Below are positions 1-12,600 of a stretch of 64,000 nucleotides of DNA, in pieces. The notes under the pieces were generated by a model, which saw nothing but the letters and a program-made list of their open reading frames with translations, was not told where the DNA came from and ran no database searches. Position 1 is the first letter of the stretch. Every line of letters begins with the position of its first letter. The DNA lies in NCBI GenBank assembly GCA_964187785.1, contig OZ076414.1, forward strand, positions 51,708,001-51,772,000. The letters are read 5' to 3'. This stretch comes from Amphiscolops sp. MND2022 (lineage: Eukaryota). Made by a program: the position numbers and the translations under genes.

Positions 1-364
1 TCATGAGGTCTTTCACTGACAAACAGTCGAACCGAAAAGGGGATTGGACTCCGTGTTGCTGATATTTGCAAACGTCCAACAGGCTGACTGTGTCGGGACC
101 ACACCAGAGGCAAGCAACAATGTCAGGCCTGGTAGATATGGCGCCGACAAGAGAGGAGATCAGGCCCAGTTCAGCAAACGTCTTTCCCTGTGTCAGACCA
201 GTTCGTTTGAGGTACACTCGGACCAGTTGTCCACTGTGCCAGAAGCGGATGTAGAGGTGGTGGAACGCGCCCTCACTTTGGAATTCCAGCGTATAATATC
301 CTGTTGCAACTACTTGATTGCCAATGTCGTCAATTGTTTGGAGAAAGAGATGATGAAACAGCAC
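1..364 (-). CDS. Next exon of the BED/hAT-like gene, open to the window edge
   Basis: 106-nt intron 365-470 (GTAAGT...ttttctttaatAG). The exon reads VLFHHLFLQTIDDIGNQVVATGYYTLEFQSEGAFHHLYIRFWHSGQLVRVYL... with no stop to position 1, resembling the first beta-strands of the hAT catalytic domain. Confidence 0.65.
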   Translation of the reverse strand, partial: MLFHHLFLQTIDDIGNQVVATGYYTLEFQSEGAFHHLYIRFWHSGQLVRVYLKRTGLTQGKTFAELGLISSLVGAISTRPDIVACLWCGPDTVSLLDVCKYQQHGVQSPFRFDCLSVKDLM

Positions 365-470
365 CTATTAAAGAAAACATAGTCATTGGTGGTTTTTGCT
401 CTAAAAGATGGAGTGAACGAACAAACTCAAAAGGGACTTAATGTCGTCTGAGCTAGAGTAGTATACTTAC

Positions 471-2750
471 AGAAAGGCGTTCTTTGCCCCAGTTGAAATC
501 CTTAAACAACGCCTGGTGGTTCACGACAACGCCTATGTCTTTCCACAATCCACGCAGAGCACGGATGTCACCGAAGGTTGGAAGGTAGTGGCCAAGAATT
601 GAAATCTGCACTCTTGCCCTGTTGTCTGAGGAAGATGCCATATGTTGTGCTCCGGCCATAAATTCGTGGTAAAACGGCAACTTTTCACCAATATCCACGA
701 GTTCAGCATCGACGAAATGTTTGAGTTCTTGTTCTAACTGGTACGGCGTAAGAACCTTGCCGTCCCTGCGACGGACCTGGTGTTGAACAGCCTTGGTGTG
801 CGGATCAATGGTTGATAGATGTTCGTATCTCCACCTTTGATCCTTTCTTAGATGTTTGTCTGTGGAATAGTGGCGAAGAATTTCACGCGCTGCTTTGCCA
901 TAAATTGACACGTTGCCCTTGCAGATCTGACAGTAGAACTTGTATTTGTTCCACTTAGGGTCAACGGGTCCAGATGCGAAGGTCCTTGTCCAGGTCATCC
1001 CCTGAAAGTATTCTTCCTTCATTATCTTGCAAGACCTCGTGACTCGTCTGCGTGGGGTACAAGGCTTGCGGGGAATTTTGGGCTTCCGCCCCATGGACTG
1101 TTGGTCCCTTAATGCTTCCTCTTTCAAGGAGGCCAACGTTTGTGCCCCAGGGCTGGCAACCTGTAGGTGTGGCTCAGATGACGATGGGTCCATGTGGCTA
1201 ATATCATACCTCTGTGGAGGCTGGGAAATGGCAATTAAGGAAGGAGGGGTTCGTTCATACCGGTATCCAATACTGTTGGAGTCATTATCACTCCTTAGTG
1301 CTCCACTAGTTGAACTCCCTGCCCTATCAGTTTCTCGATCAGAGAAACCATCAACTTCTGAGGAAGGAGTGACTCTTCTACCAAATGGATTTGCAGGGCC
1401 ATATCTGTTGGTGATATCACTGCTTAGATTCAACCTCCTTGCCCGTTCTATAATGTCTTCCATCATGGAGTAAGACGCCCGGGCACTCTCATCTGCAACC
1501 ACCCTAAGGATTGACTGAACCTGATCAGCATTTAGAACCAGGGTAGCATGACCTCGGGGCAATTCTACTGTAGCCGCCTCTTGAAAGTAGTGGTTAATAA
1601 TAGCCCTACTGGTATTACACAGTCGGTGTACCCCTGAATCCTTAACGTTCTGCCCAAAAGTTGTTTCCTCAGCTTCGGACCCAGAAGAAATGTCAAATGA
1701 GTCACATGGTACTCCTGGTGGAGGGAATAGTGCTTCGGCGAGAGTTGATCTAGCGGCACCAAATGATGTTACATCAGATTGGACTGACGTGTCGTTTCCA
1801 CTAATATGGCCCTCGAGACACTCAGTCTCTGCATTGGACGCACTACTCTCAGTAGCGAAGACTTCATCCTCTTCATTGACCAGATCATGACGAGCCTCCA
1901 CAGGTACATCAGGCGCGGTGAGTGATCTTCCAGGTTCAACAATGATCTTGGGTTTGTTGGGGGAAACTCTGCCTAGACGAAGGCGTGGGTCAATGACGTA
2001 ATTGTGATCAGAGTCCAAGTATGCAACAGTTGGAGGGGCAACAGTAACAAAACTCTCGAAAGTCGGTCTGTTCAGACCAGCATTAAGTGGAAGCGCTTCA
2101 GTACTACTCTCTTTCGCCCCTAGGATGGTGACTTCTTGGACGGGCAAACTATATTCTTCCCCTCCAAGTTCCTCCATTCGTCTGGTAAAATAGGTCTGGC
2201 AACTCTCTTGGGAACTACCTGATTCGGGCAAAGCATCGGCCCCACTAGCCTCATTAGTCTGGCCGGATGTAGGGTCCACAGGGTTGCCAACGACTATTTC
2301 GTCGATTTCCATCAATTGGAGTTTAGTATCAGTCTCCATCGCAGTTTGACTTTCCACAACTTCTTCGCGCTGTACATCTACAATAGGGACTGCCGCGGAA
2401 GTGGATATCACTGGTTCAGGCTCATTCGACCCCACGTCAATCACCAAATTTCCTTGGAGGACATCCTCAATCTCAGGCGATTGTAACTCTGGCAATTCTT
2501 CTTCCAGCTCAGTGGACGTTGGGGGCACTTGCTCATTTTGCTGAGCAGCATCAGGACCATGAAGATCCTGGTTGTCAGCGTTTCCACCAGAGGACGGTTG
2601 GTCGTTATGCTCTTTATCTAAATGAAAAGAGATAAATTTACGCGGTTCACTTCCTGCAAACAAATCCATCTTGCCGCTATTTTGAAAATCTTCCGGAAGT
2701 AAGTTTGAACAAAGTTTCTTCATGAAATTTTTCACGATGGAGGAAGTACT
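471..2750 (-). CDS. Large exon of a spliced BED-type zinc-finger / hAT-transposase-like gene (acidic low-complexity N-terminal region, then Zn finger)
   Basis: 760-aa ORF 453-2735 contains FYCQICKGNVSIYGKAAREILRHYSTDKH (C-x2-C...H-x5-H, the hAT/BED finger pattern). Phase-0 GTAAGT donor at 470 after ...GKERLS. An in-frame TAG acceptor at 2752-2751 gives an exon start at 2750. Confidence 0.7.
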
Positions 2751-3826
2751 CTAGCTTAACCTGAACCCTGATCAAGTTCAGTCTAAGCAATCATTTAAAA
2801 GAACCAACCTGACGTTACTTCCATGACGGGAGAATGGAAATCTCAGTCTTCTAGAGGGTGATTTTGACCTGTAGTCCTTCCACGATACCACTGCTGGTGG
2901 ATGAAGGCTGTTGGGAGAGTCTGGTGGAGAATTGAATGTACCTGACGATTCGTTAGTTGAGGTTGATTCAGATGCTGGGTAAGGTGACTTTGAGGAAAGA
3001 TTCACGAGAACAATAAACAACTCAATTAAAGAGATTCAAGAAATTTGTGAAATTGATGAGTGTAGGATATGAACCTAAAGTTCTGACTAGACTGCTGACA
3101 GACACAAATATGATATTATGTATTCTTGGTTAACTCACTTTACACTTGTGATACAAACGATTACTTCCCTACTCTACATGATATACTTTACTTTACGACC
3201 GAAGATTAGTCTGATAAAAGGACGTCGTGGCTAACTATATCTTTCATTATTAGCTGATCAGAGTACCATAGATACAACCAGGCAATCACTGCTTTTCATG
3301 TTTGGAACCTGCCAGTGACATTCATGAAATTTACTTTATTTCAATTCATTTCATTTCATCATACTCACTCTATTATTTGGCCATATTTCATTTTGCCAAT
3401 CATTCAATTATCACCATAATTATTCATGGCTTATTATTGGTTACTTCAGCGGTGACGCTCAGCGGACCACCGGTCTTTGATGATCTCAATGTTTACTTGT
3501 TGTTATGAATGAATAACACTTTCATTCATCATTACATCTTAATGAAGTGTTAAACAAATAAACTGAGGGCTACTTGAAAGCGAATTGACTAAAGGGGACT
3601 TCCATTCAGGGAAGGAGCTAGAATAAGACTTTCTTAAAGTGGAAAAGTTTATGATGAATTAAGGAAAATGCGCGAAAACTTTCCCCCTCCTGATATTTTC
3701 CCGCGACCCTGAGGATTTGGGGTCGACCAGACGAGAACAATTCATTCGATCAAACCTTGTTAGAGCGATACAGTTGTTTCATATCTTCTCGAGATTGCTA
3801 AGAAAATACTCTTACAAAGTTTCAAT

Positions 3827-4645
3827 ATGGAAATGAATTTGCAGTTCAACTTAGAGGCACTAACTACACCGGCGATAAGTCCTAGTTATTTTTCCTCGGA
3901 TGAGGATATGGACGTTGATATAGAATCAGTTGACGCAACCGGTGAACCGTCAGGTGATAGTGACATCGAGGTCATTGCTTGCTACCGACATGTCCCGGTC
4001 CCCGAACAAGGATCAGTAGCGGGACGACAGATGACAACTGAACTGTCTGATTGTACGGACAGCGAGTTCCCACCTTTTCCTTGGGACGACTTCGAAGACA
4101 TGCTGAGGATGACTGAGGATCAAGTGGACCCGCTAGACAGAGGAGCTGGTCCTAGTGGCGCCGCTCAGACGGGAAGCCCCCCGATTAAACATTGTGGAAG
4201 TCTCACACCCTTAGTAGATACTCCTCTCTCGCCCCCACCACACGAACGCGGTCCGACTTATGGTCCGTGTGGCGATAACTTGCCCCCGCTGCTTGATCAA
4301 CTACTACCACTGAGTTCACATATACAAGGGATCAGCGTAAGAATGGCCTCCCATTGTGGGCAGCCTAATACAGCAACATATGGAGATTGCATAGTGTGTG
4401 GACGAAGCTACGAGCAGATAAAAGAAACTGCAGTTTTAGATTATCTTGAGAATACTACTAATCTGCACGAAACTTATGGCGAACGATTGAAAAGAAGAGC
4501 AGCCTACTTAGCAGGAATGGACCAAGGCACTGTACTTTTCGTCCCTAGGGGAATGTCGCAGGCGGCCGCCTGCGACGGCAACTATTATCAAATACTAGTG
4601 GACGGAGATAACACCAGCCCACCGCCAGGTGTTTTGCCAATTTAG
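3827..4645 (+). CDS. Retrotransposon extra ORF ('ORF3'), 272 aa, acidic/Pro-rich N-terminus plus CxxC domain; function unknown
   Basis: Homologous to 45009-45533: PLVDTPLSPP/PMVDTPMSPP, DCIVCGRSYEQI/DCLICGKSVEQI, RRAAYLAGM/RRMAFLEGM, SQAAACDGN/SQASACDGN. The last ~30 codons lie inside the LTR. Confidence 0.8.
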   Translation: MEMNLQFNLEALTTPAISPSYFSSDEDMDVDIESVDATGEPSGDSDIEVIACYRHVPVPEQGSVAGRQMTTELSDCTDSEFPPFPWDDFEDMLRMTEDQVDPLDRGAGPSGAAQTGSPPIKHCGSLTPLVDTPLSPPPHERGPTYGPCGDNLPPLLDQLLPLSSHIQGISVRMASHCGQPNTATYGDCIVCGRSYEQIKETAVLDYLENTTNLHETYGERLKRRAAYLAGMDQGTVLFVPRGMSQAAACDGNYYQILVDGDNTSPPPGVLPI

Positions 4646-6144
4646 AACATATTAGACTTATGGTCTATTTAGCCACACCCAAAACTAATGTTAGTACGGA
4701 AAACTTGGTTGATATTATGTTTTAGTTGATTAATATTTCATTTTGTGCCTGATTGGAATTTTTGCTAATTGTTTTGTAATTTGCAGTGTAAAATTGATAA
4801 CAGCTGTAAAAATGCAATTAATTTGCTAGCAATCGGTACAAGGAAACGTGTTCAAATACTTATTTGGTCTCGCTCAGCGTACACTCGGTCCAAATAGTAT
4901 TAACCAATCACAGTGCTTCCTTTGTGCTATACTTGTGCTTATTATACTGCCGCCGCATAGACTTTCAGTCCAAAGCGGAATTAATCACGTGACCTATCCA
5001 TGTACTGCAATTTGAGCGCTGGTGATGAAGCCAAATAGACTTGTAGTACAATTTATTAGAATGTTACTATTATCCATTCATGTAGTGTTGCTGTTTAGTT
5101 AGAAGCATGTAAATAGTATATTTAAAGTTAGAGAATTTTCACAATACCAATATTAGTAAACTGTTTGTCTGATTCAATCTCGCTTATCCGCTTCCCTTTG
5201 ATGCTATTTTTATCATATAATCATGATGAAATGATGACGTAATGTCTCTAGACTTGCCCTAAAACCCTATAAAGTGCTATTTTTAGAAGCATGACACGCA
5301 TAATTTTGCGTGTCACCCTGACCAAACTATAAATAGCAGGGACACTGAGGTGCAAGGACAATTCTTTTGATGAACGAGATACAATTCAGTTGATACTACA
5401 TTTCTTAGACGCGATATTGAGAATTACTCAGTTGACGTTCAGTTGATTGGAATAATTCTGTTTGTGACAATATACAATTGACCTTAAAATCACGCAACCT
5501 TTTCAATGCCTTCAACAAGAAAGCAAAAGGCTAAAGAGAGACACTCTAGACAGTTAGACATCATGTCTGATGTTAAAATGTAGATGTCATGTTAGGAAGT
5601 TATTCTGGTAATATTGAAGGAAATGACCACAGTGAGAATGAATTGAATTTGGATTCAGAGTCCGGTAGGCTACAAAGAAACTCTAATGTAACCGGAGAAG
5701 ACTTTAGATCACTACTCACAAACAGTAGAGAAAACAGTGAAATTACCATAGAAACAACTAGATTGATCAATGATGAAATTTCTAGTCAATTGAGCAGGAA
5801 GCTTAATGAGATTAAAACAAGCCTGAATTCTCAGATACAAAACGCAATTTCAGCTGCAATTACTAATACAGTGCTTCCTTCTATTCAAAATACCCTCGAT
5901 ATGCAGGGGGAGCCCAATTTTACCATTGTGGACCAAAGGTCCAATGAGCTACATCAAGGTTTGAAAGCAGCCAGCTCAGCCAGCAAGGACTTAAGGTCTA
6001 GTGAGCGACAACGGAACCCCGGAGCTGAAATAACACAGGAAACCTGGGGTAAACGTTCTAAAACGTCCCCAGTAGAAGGAAATCATAGACACATGTCTAG
6101 AGATAGTTCAGTAGATTCGTATAATAGTGAACAAAATAACGACA
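4554..6144 (+). mobile_element. 3' LTR (~1.59 kb) of a Ty3/gypsy element whose 5' part is outside the window or deleted
   Basis: PPT AGGGGAA directly before TGTCGCAGG at 4554; ends ...AACGACA at 6144. Contains a frameshifted gag 5' region (ATG 5506, MPSTRKQKAK...; ORF 5589-6152). Confidence 0.8.
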
Positions 6145-6429
6145 GTTACTGAATATAACAAAAAATTAGAGGACTATCTGGTCCTAAAAGAGCCTTTTCT
6201 CGCTCTTTTAAAAGTGTATCAGTGCCGAAAAAACTAAAGGATATACCTTTACACTTGTTTCGTAGGTGCTGTAAAAATGAGGAAAACCTGAATGGATGAT
6301 TCTTTAGCCTCTGTTCGAACACTTTTGTTCTTAAGCTAGTTCACATCGGCCGTCCTATCTGTTGTGTCGCATTCGTATATGTAGAAAGTTCTAATAGTCT
6401 GACGATTTTATTTACCTAAATGCACCGAC

Positions 6430-6689
6430 TAAAAACACTGTACATCAGCACTGAAGCAACCTTTAAAAATAAGACCCCTAATTTATCAATATGTGAGCTG
6501 AAATTACAAGACCACCCATGCGAGCTTCCTAGTCTCAACCATCTCTCATAAAAGAACAAATCCCACATTCATGAAAATCTTCAGCTTTAAAATGACAGAA
6601 CGTGTTTTTTTGTGCGAACTGTGTTTGTTTCTACAATATGCTGACAATTTTCAGATGTGCTTATAAACAATGCGCCCACAGAACAATGC
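6430..6689 (-). pseudogene. Degenerate terminal exons of the MFSD11-like gene
   Basis: MFS-like peptides (GIVL.., LKIVSIL*, LKIFMNVGFVLL, FFYERWLRL, LAWVVL, VASVLMYSVF) appear only by switching frames and crossing stops. Confidence 0.45.
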
Positions 6690-9600
6690 CTAAAACATTT
6701 AAAAATAACAATATTTTGAAGACATTAGCCAGAGTTCTTGTTTTTCGAAAACCTTTTGAATCAATCACCAGGCATCGAACTTCGAAAGGTAACAGTAACC
6801 GATTTATACTGAGGATACTTTAACCTAAGAAAGGACTGGCTGTTTAGTGATTTTCAAACGATTTTTTTACCCCGATAGAACAAGCAAAGGAAGAGTGTGC
6901 TGTGTATAGTATGGTAGATCGTAAGTCCTCCCAATGTTGGCATCGATTGGTAACACCAGAAACAGCAAGTAGTAGCCAATCAGACCAGTTGCCATGCACA
7001 GCCACGAGAAAAGCCCGTTGTCTGATTTTGCAGCTGAAACCAAATATTTTATGGACCTATCCATTTGAGCAGTAGTAGAACCGCAATAAACTTTTTACTA
7101 AAAATGTCGAGATCTAGGACAATTCTTTCAGGATCTTGCAAGATAAACTCTGACACTATTTCGCAAATCAGATTCTTATTCTTGAAAGGAGAAGACTTCT
7201 GAAACATGCAAGCATCAATTCAATTCACAGATCAGATATTTATTTCAAAATCTTGAAAGATTCCGTCAAAATAATGCAATAACTTGATTTGCTAGACTGT
7301 TGTAGATATTTCCTGATTTCTCAACTGCGGTATAGCGATGAACTTATTCAACTTTATCCGTTGTAGCGTCTAGACTAATGGCCGGTTGTTTATACAACAT
7401 TGTAACACCGTCTCGCTCGACCGATATTTAGAGGGCATTTGAAATACATGTCTAGAATGCTAGATATTCACTGAGAGTTAAGAAGCTACGGAGAGAGACG
7501 TTTCATAGCAAAGAGATCCGGAATTGAACTGTAAAATTGCAAACTTTATTTTAATCTAGAATAGCGTTAATTTCAGAACAAAACATCAAACAACGAACCG
7601 ACAAGCTTCACTAGTGGAATTTGCAGTCCGCAACTAATTTGTTTTTCCGATTAATCAAGATTTATTTATTGGGTCCAATTTAGTTGAATTGGGTACAATT
7701 GAAAATTAACAAAAAAAGTCAGGTCAAAATCAATTATGAAAAGACGTGTTTTTTATTTTCACTCAGAATAACAGATAGCCCATCCACAAATGTTTTCAAA
7801 TATTTAACATTTTCAGATGAAAAAAGATGTTACTTACAACTGAGCCCTGTATATAAGAATGAGGCCGTGATTTCTCCAATTCCCACACAGAAACCCATCA
7901 CACCCATTATTTCTTTGCTGAAAACAAAAAGGTTATATGGAAGAGGTCCGCTAAAATGTATCTGACTTCTACTACCCTAGGTGAAATTGCTGGAACTTTT
8001 TACATGCTGCAGGCCGGCATTCAGGGTTACTTTTATAAAGCCTAGAAATTTCAGTAAGCTTGAGGTTTCAGGTGGTAAAATTTATAAGATTACACAGCAG
8101 TTTACACTATTGCATTTAAAATTGAAAATAACTTCCTTTTCACTGCCGGCACGATGACGTTTTCACAACAACTCATTTGATGTGATAATAACCACTTCTC
8201 ACTCTTCTCAAATAGCGTGCTAAATATGACGCTAACTTTCAGTTTATTACGTGACTGAAATAATGTTGCATGGAAATGGAGGTAAAACTGATAGCAACAC
8301 AGAAAATTATAACAGTTTCTTGAAGAAACCCGCAAAACTTCCATGCTCGAATTTGGCTCCAAATTTAGGATGCTTCGTTCAAGCAGATTGATGAAAGTCG
8401 AACAGAACAGGAAAATATTTTCGCATAAAAGTTTCTGCGAGAGTTTTAGAAAATCATAATAAAAGTTGCAGACAACTTCAAAGGGCATGCAAATGTTCAA
8501 TCATTTTCAACAAGGGTACGTTTTCAAGCCGTACATTCCTTTCTTGGTTCTGGGAGGGGACGTTCAAGGGACAAAATATCAACTATTTATTTTGATGAAC
8601 GTCAAAGACCGCAAATGAACTTCAGACATGTCTAATTATACTTCAAGCGTTTGATAACACACAAAACTATCGGAAACTTTTTTCCGATGGAATAATCATC
8701 TTTAAAATGGCCTAATATATACCTCTTATCAATGTATAAAGAGTACCCCACTGAAGTTTGTGCCACTCCCATCCAGAATCCACACTCCATGCCCAAGAAG
8801 AGAGCAGTAGAGTAGAGACAGAGAGCTCTCCAGTCTTTGAACGTTCGAACCATTGCCCACATCATTTGTGACCTTTGAAACAATTTTTGAACCATATTTT
8901 GGGCAATTCCGTTTTTTTTTCAAACAGTCGCAAAAACAAATCAACATTCCAGGATTGCCACCCCAGAAGTAAATCAGAAATTTCTTGGTTTATCAGAGCT
9001 GGGGCCCAAACTTTCTTAGTCTGAGTACAACTATGGCCCCAGACTACGAAACTTGAAAATTCTCTGGTATTTGGAACAGTTCATTGAACGAACTTGACAC
9101 GGCATTTTATTGGTATTTTTTGTATTTTGTATGCAAAATGGAATTTCGCCATCCGTATCACCTCATAACTCACCGATCAACTGGAGAATAATATTTAAGG
9201 ATGAAAAAGGGCAATTTCTAGCAAAACCAATATACATGCATAATTGATCAAAAAATTAGTACAACATGTTCCGAGTTACTAGCAATTACCAAAATCACTC
9301 CAGGAAACTACTTCAGGAACATTACAACCACAAAGTATAAACACTTCTACCAATCCAGAAGATCCACTAATTTCTTAGTCTGAGGTCAGGTCTGGGCCAA
9401 AGATTTCGTACCATGATCTTGTCCGAGTTTTCCTTCTGTCAGAGACTAAGAAAATTTTGGAATGACCACCCAAGTTAGGTAGCCTAACTAATCTACACGT
9501 AAAACTACACCGAACTCTAATCTGTTAAATCTGAACTCACACCGACAGTTATTAATTTTTCCGTCAATGATTCCGCCTCATCTTCCGCCAAACTTCTGAA

Positions 9601-12600
9601 TAGATTTTTTAAGATTCTCAAATATCTCAAGATTTTTGTTTTAGGCCATTAGGCGAGGATACTCCCCAAGAAGAACGGTAACCTGAGGGCCGACTCTAGC
9701 AAATAAGTTTGATGGCATTCACTTACAACGCTGCTAAGTTGCTCTGACCCTCTGTGTCAATAATTTGCACGTGACCTCCTCCTCCGTGACCCTCAATGAC
9801 CTTGGGGTCACTTTCGTCCAGACTAGAAGGGTTGATGTCACATTTGTCGCTGTCCACGAAAAACGAAACAATTACACCAATGACACCTACTGCAGTCAAG
9901 GGAATTGAGACGGCGTATCTGAAACATTCATGAGGAACATTTGAAAACATCAACTTCAGGTAGTACTAATCTACGACTGTAGAATGTATTTTCTTTTGAC
10001 TTTCTATGGGTTCCAGTCGGTAGTGATACACCGATACTTCATGGCATTCCATTCCGGGCCTGATTTGGTCCACTGATGGCAATCAAAATTTTCACACCAG
10101 GCCAAGTCTGGACCAGTCTTGGCCAGGGATGGAAACCGGCATTTGAAAAACTCAAAAACTTCCAAAACTCAAAAACGGCCGCTCTTGTCTCATCGATGGA
10201 ACACTTCAATCCACGAATCGTTGCGCCAAAATTTGGTCAAAGTGCGTTTATTACTTTCCACCTATTTTCCATATGGGTAATTAAAATATTTGAATGAAAC
10301 GGGTTTGCCCCAGCTCCCATTTTGGATTAGTATTTCGATTGTGAGAATCAGTTTTCCCAACTAGCTATTTTCAATTTTTGATCTCATTTTACATGATCAG
10401 CATGTTCTAAAAGTATCGAAACATTTGATTCTGGAATGTCATTTTAAAATCATCAACCACGCATGATTATAAAGACAATAATAAACAAATAAAAATAATA
10501 AACTAATCAGTTTAAGCAGATTCAAGACTCAAGTTTTTCATTCGATTTTGGAGATATAGTTTCAATCATTGGCGAATTTATGTAGGAATTTAATTAGAAC
10601 TCTAACCGAGCAGCATCTGTGATTTCTGATTGACCTCTGAAAGCGATGTAGACGATTGTGTTACTCAACAGCAGACTGGCCATCTGGAAAAAGTACCACA
10701 AACCACTGTTCTTCGCCTCCGAACCTTTGAATCTTCTTGACACCCTAATAAACATTCCTCTTGTTGAAATGGCTCAAGGGTCCCTTTGAGTCTTCTCGTT
10801 ACTGGGCAACATTTGTGGAGTTTTCACTTCACCGAAGGTTCCTTTGATCGTTTTCCGACTTTTCAGAGTTATGTAAAAGTCATTTTAAACCAAGGGTATT
10901 TTTCAGCGCTGAGATTTTTCAGAATCTTTGTGATTTTTAGAGCTTTCAGCAAATCGCCAACTTGAGACGTTCTCGTGTTTTTTCTCATAAAACTCGGTTG
11001 TTTTTCTTATTCGTTTCCGCCCCGGCGATTGATCTGTGTTGCGTTGTTTCCAGATTCTGCCAAATCTCCACTTTTTTCCACTTTATATGTGTGGAAGTCA
11101 TATATAAAGATGTTGTGGAACGTTGTGGAAGTCATGTGTGGAAGTTATATATAAAGATGTTGTGGAAAGTATCCCGGTGCTTAGCGGAAGTTTGAAAAAA
11201 AAAGCGCTCCCATTTTTCCCAGCACGCTATATCCGCAGTTTTGACATTATAAGCTAAGTAAATTGCGTTTTACTAAGGGCGGGGGCGGATGTTTGAATCT
11301 TATTTGTATTCGACACTATGCCTCTTTTTTTCAGAGATTTTTTCAAACGAAATTCCCCGTTTTAATTTTTAGCGCGCAAAGAGGGGCATTTCAAGTTTTT
11401 TTTAAGCACCATGAGACTTACAAATTTTTTTCTCCAATTTTTTTGGTTTTTTTGAGGTTGTTTGTAAGGAAAACCCTTTTCCAATCGTAATGGTAACCTC
11501 ATTGATTTTTTTGGTCCTGCGGTACAGATGGGAATTTTCTCAATAATTGTGGAAAAGACCTACGGTATTTTCCGTCACTGAAAGACGTTTCTTCGAAAAG
11601 CATTCATGTTTGGTCAAAACGTACCCTCTTCACTTTCATGAATGTTTTAGTTTTTAAAAAGGCATTTTGCTAGATCAAAGCTCCATTTTCGGCACAATGA
11701 GAATTTTTCCCGAGGAAAATTTTCCGAAAAAAAAATTAAAAACAAAGGTTTTTGTTGTTTCAAGGTGGAGAAAATGTGGTTTTCAAGTTTTATGCTCATC
11801 CATTGGGTATGTTTGGGCACAGTAAAATATATAAAATTTTAACAATAGTGTCCTTTGCTTATTCGGGAAACTTGTTTTTTTTTTTTAAAACAAATGCGAG
11901 TCGCCGACTTGGGCCGTTCCCGGCTTGTTTTGTTTCACGGAAAATACCCAATCAAGAGCCAAAGATGTCTGTTTCAAGCTTTTTTTGATATTTTTCGCAG
12001 GTTTTGTAGTATGCATTTCCACAGGGATTCAATAACAAAACAGTTGGCGACTTTTTTTCAAACATACATAATTTGGAGACACTTTCAGTGGTTTTCGAAG
12101 TAATGAGTGATATGAATACAAGACGCCCGCTAAGCATCGGGATATTTTCCGCCTTCTTCGCCTTCACCAACTGAACCATAGCTGTTTTGGGAGGGGGAAT
12201 AGGATTTAAAGCAGAAGATCTAAAATTATTGATTTTTGATCTTATTCCCTTTAGATATTATTCCCGTCCTGAAATTTTAGATCGTATTCCCTTTAGATCT
12301 TATTCTCAGTTTTGATTTCAGATATTATTCCCCCTCTAAGCTGTTTTAGTTACTACTTGGCTATTTTATTAGTTAAAATAGTCAAGTAATAAGTGAGGTC
12401 GATGAAGAAACTGAGAGGAGATTTGGCAGAATTTGGGAAAAAAACACAGCACAGATTATGATTCCCCTCTCCCATTATATGTGGGTGCAAAATAATAAAG
12501 ATGTAGCTAATTTAGATCTAAAGGAAAATATCCCGCTGCTCAACGGGCATCTTGTTCAACATCTCCAGTAGTCACGAGTATGACTTGCATCAGGCATGGA

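Noticed and set aside
1027-1890. Plus-strand ORFs overlapping the BED/hAT-like gene; also 28141-28452 and 47132-48135
   Set aside because: Antisense shadows of longer real ORFs.
7362-7603. Possible short solo LTR (TGTAGCGTCTAGAC...GACA)
   Set aside because: No TSD, no second copy and an uncertain end.
7981-8052. Plus-strand exon-like segment (tag|GTGAAA...TTCA|gtaag)
   Set aside because: Isolated, has no partner exons, and lies inside an intron of the minus-strand gene.
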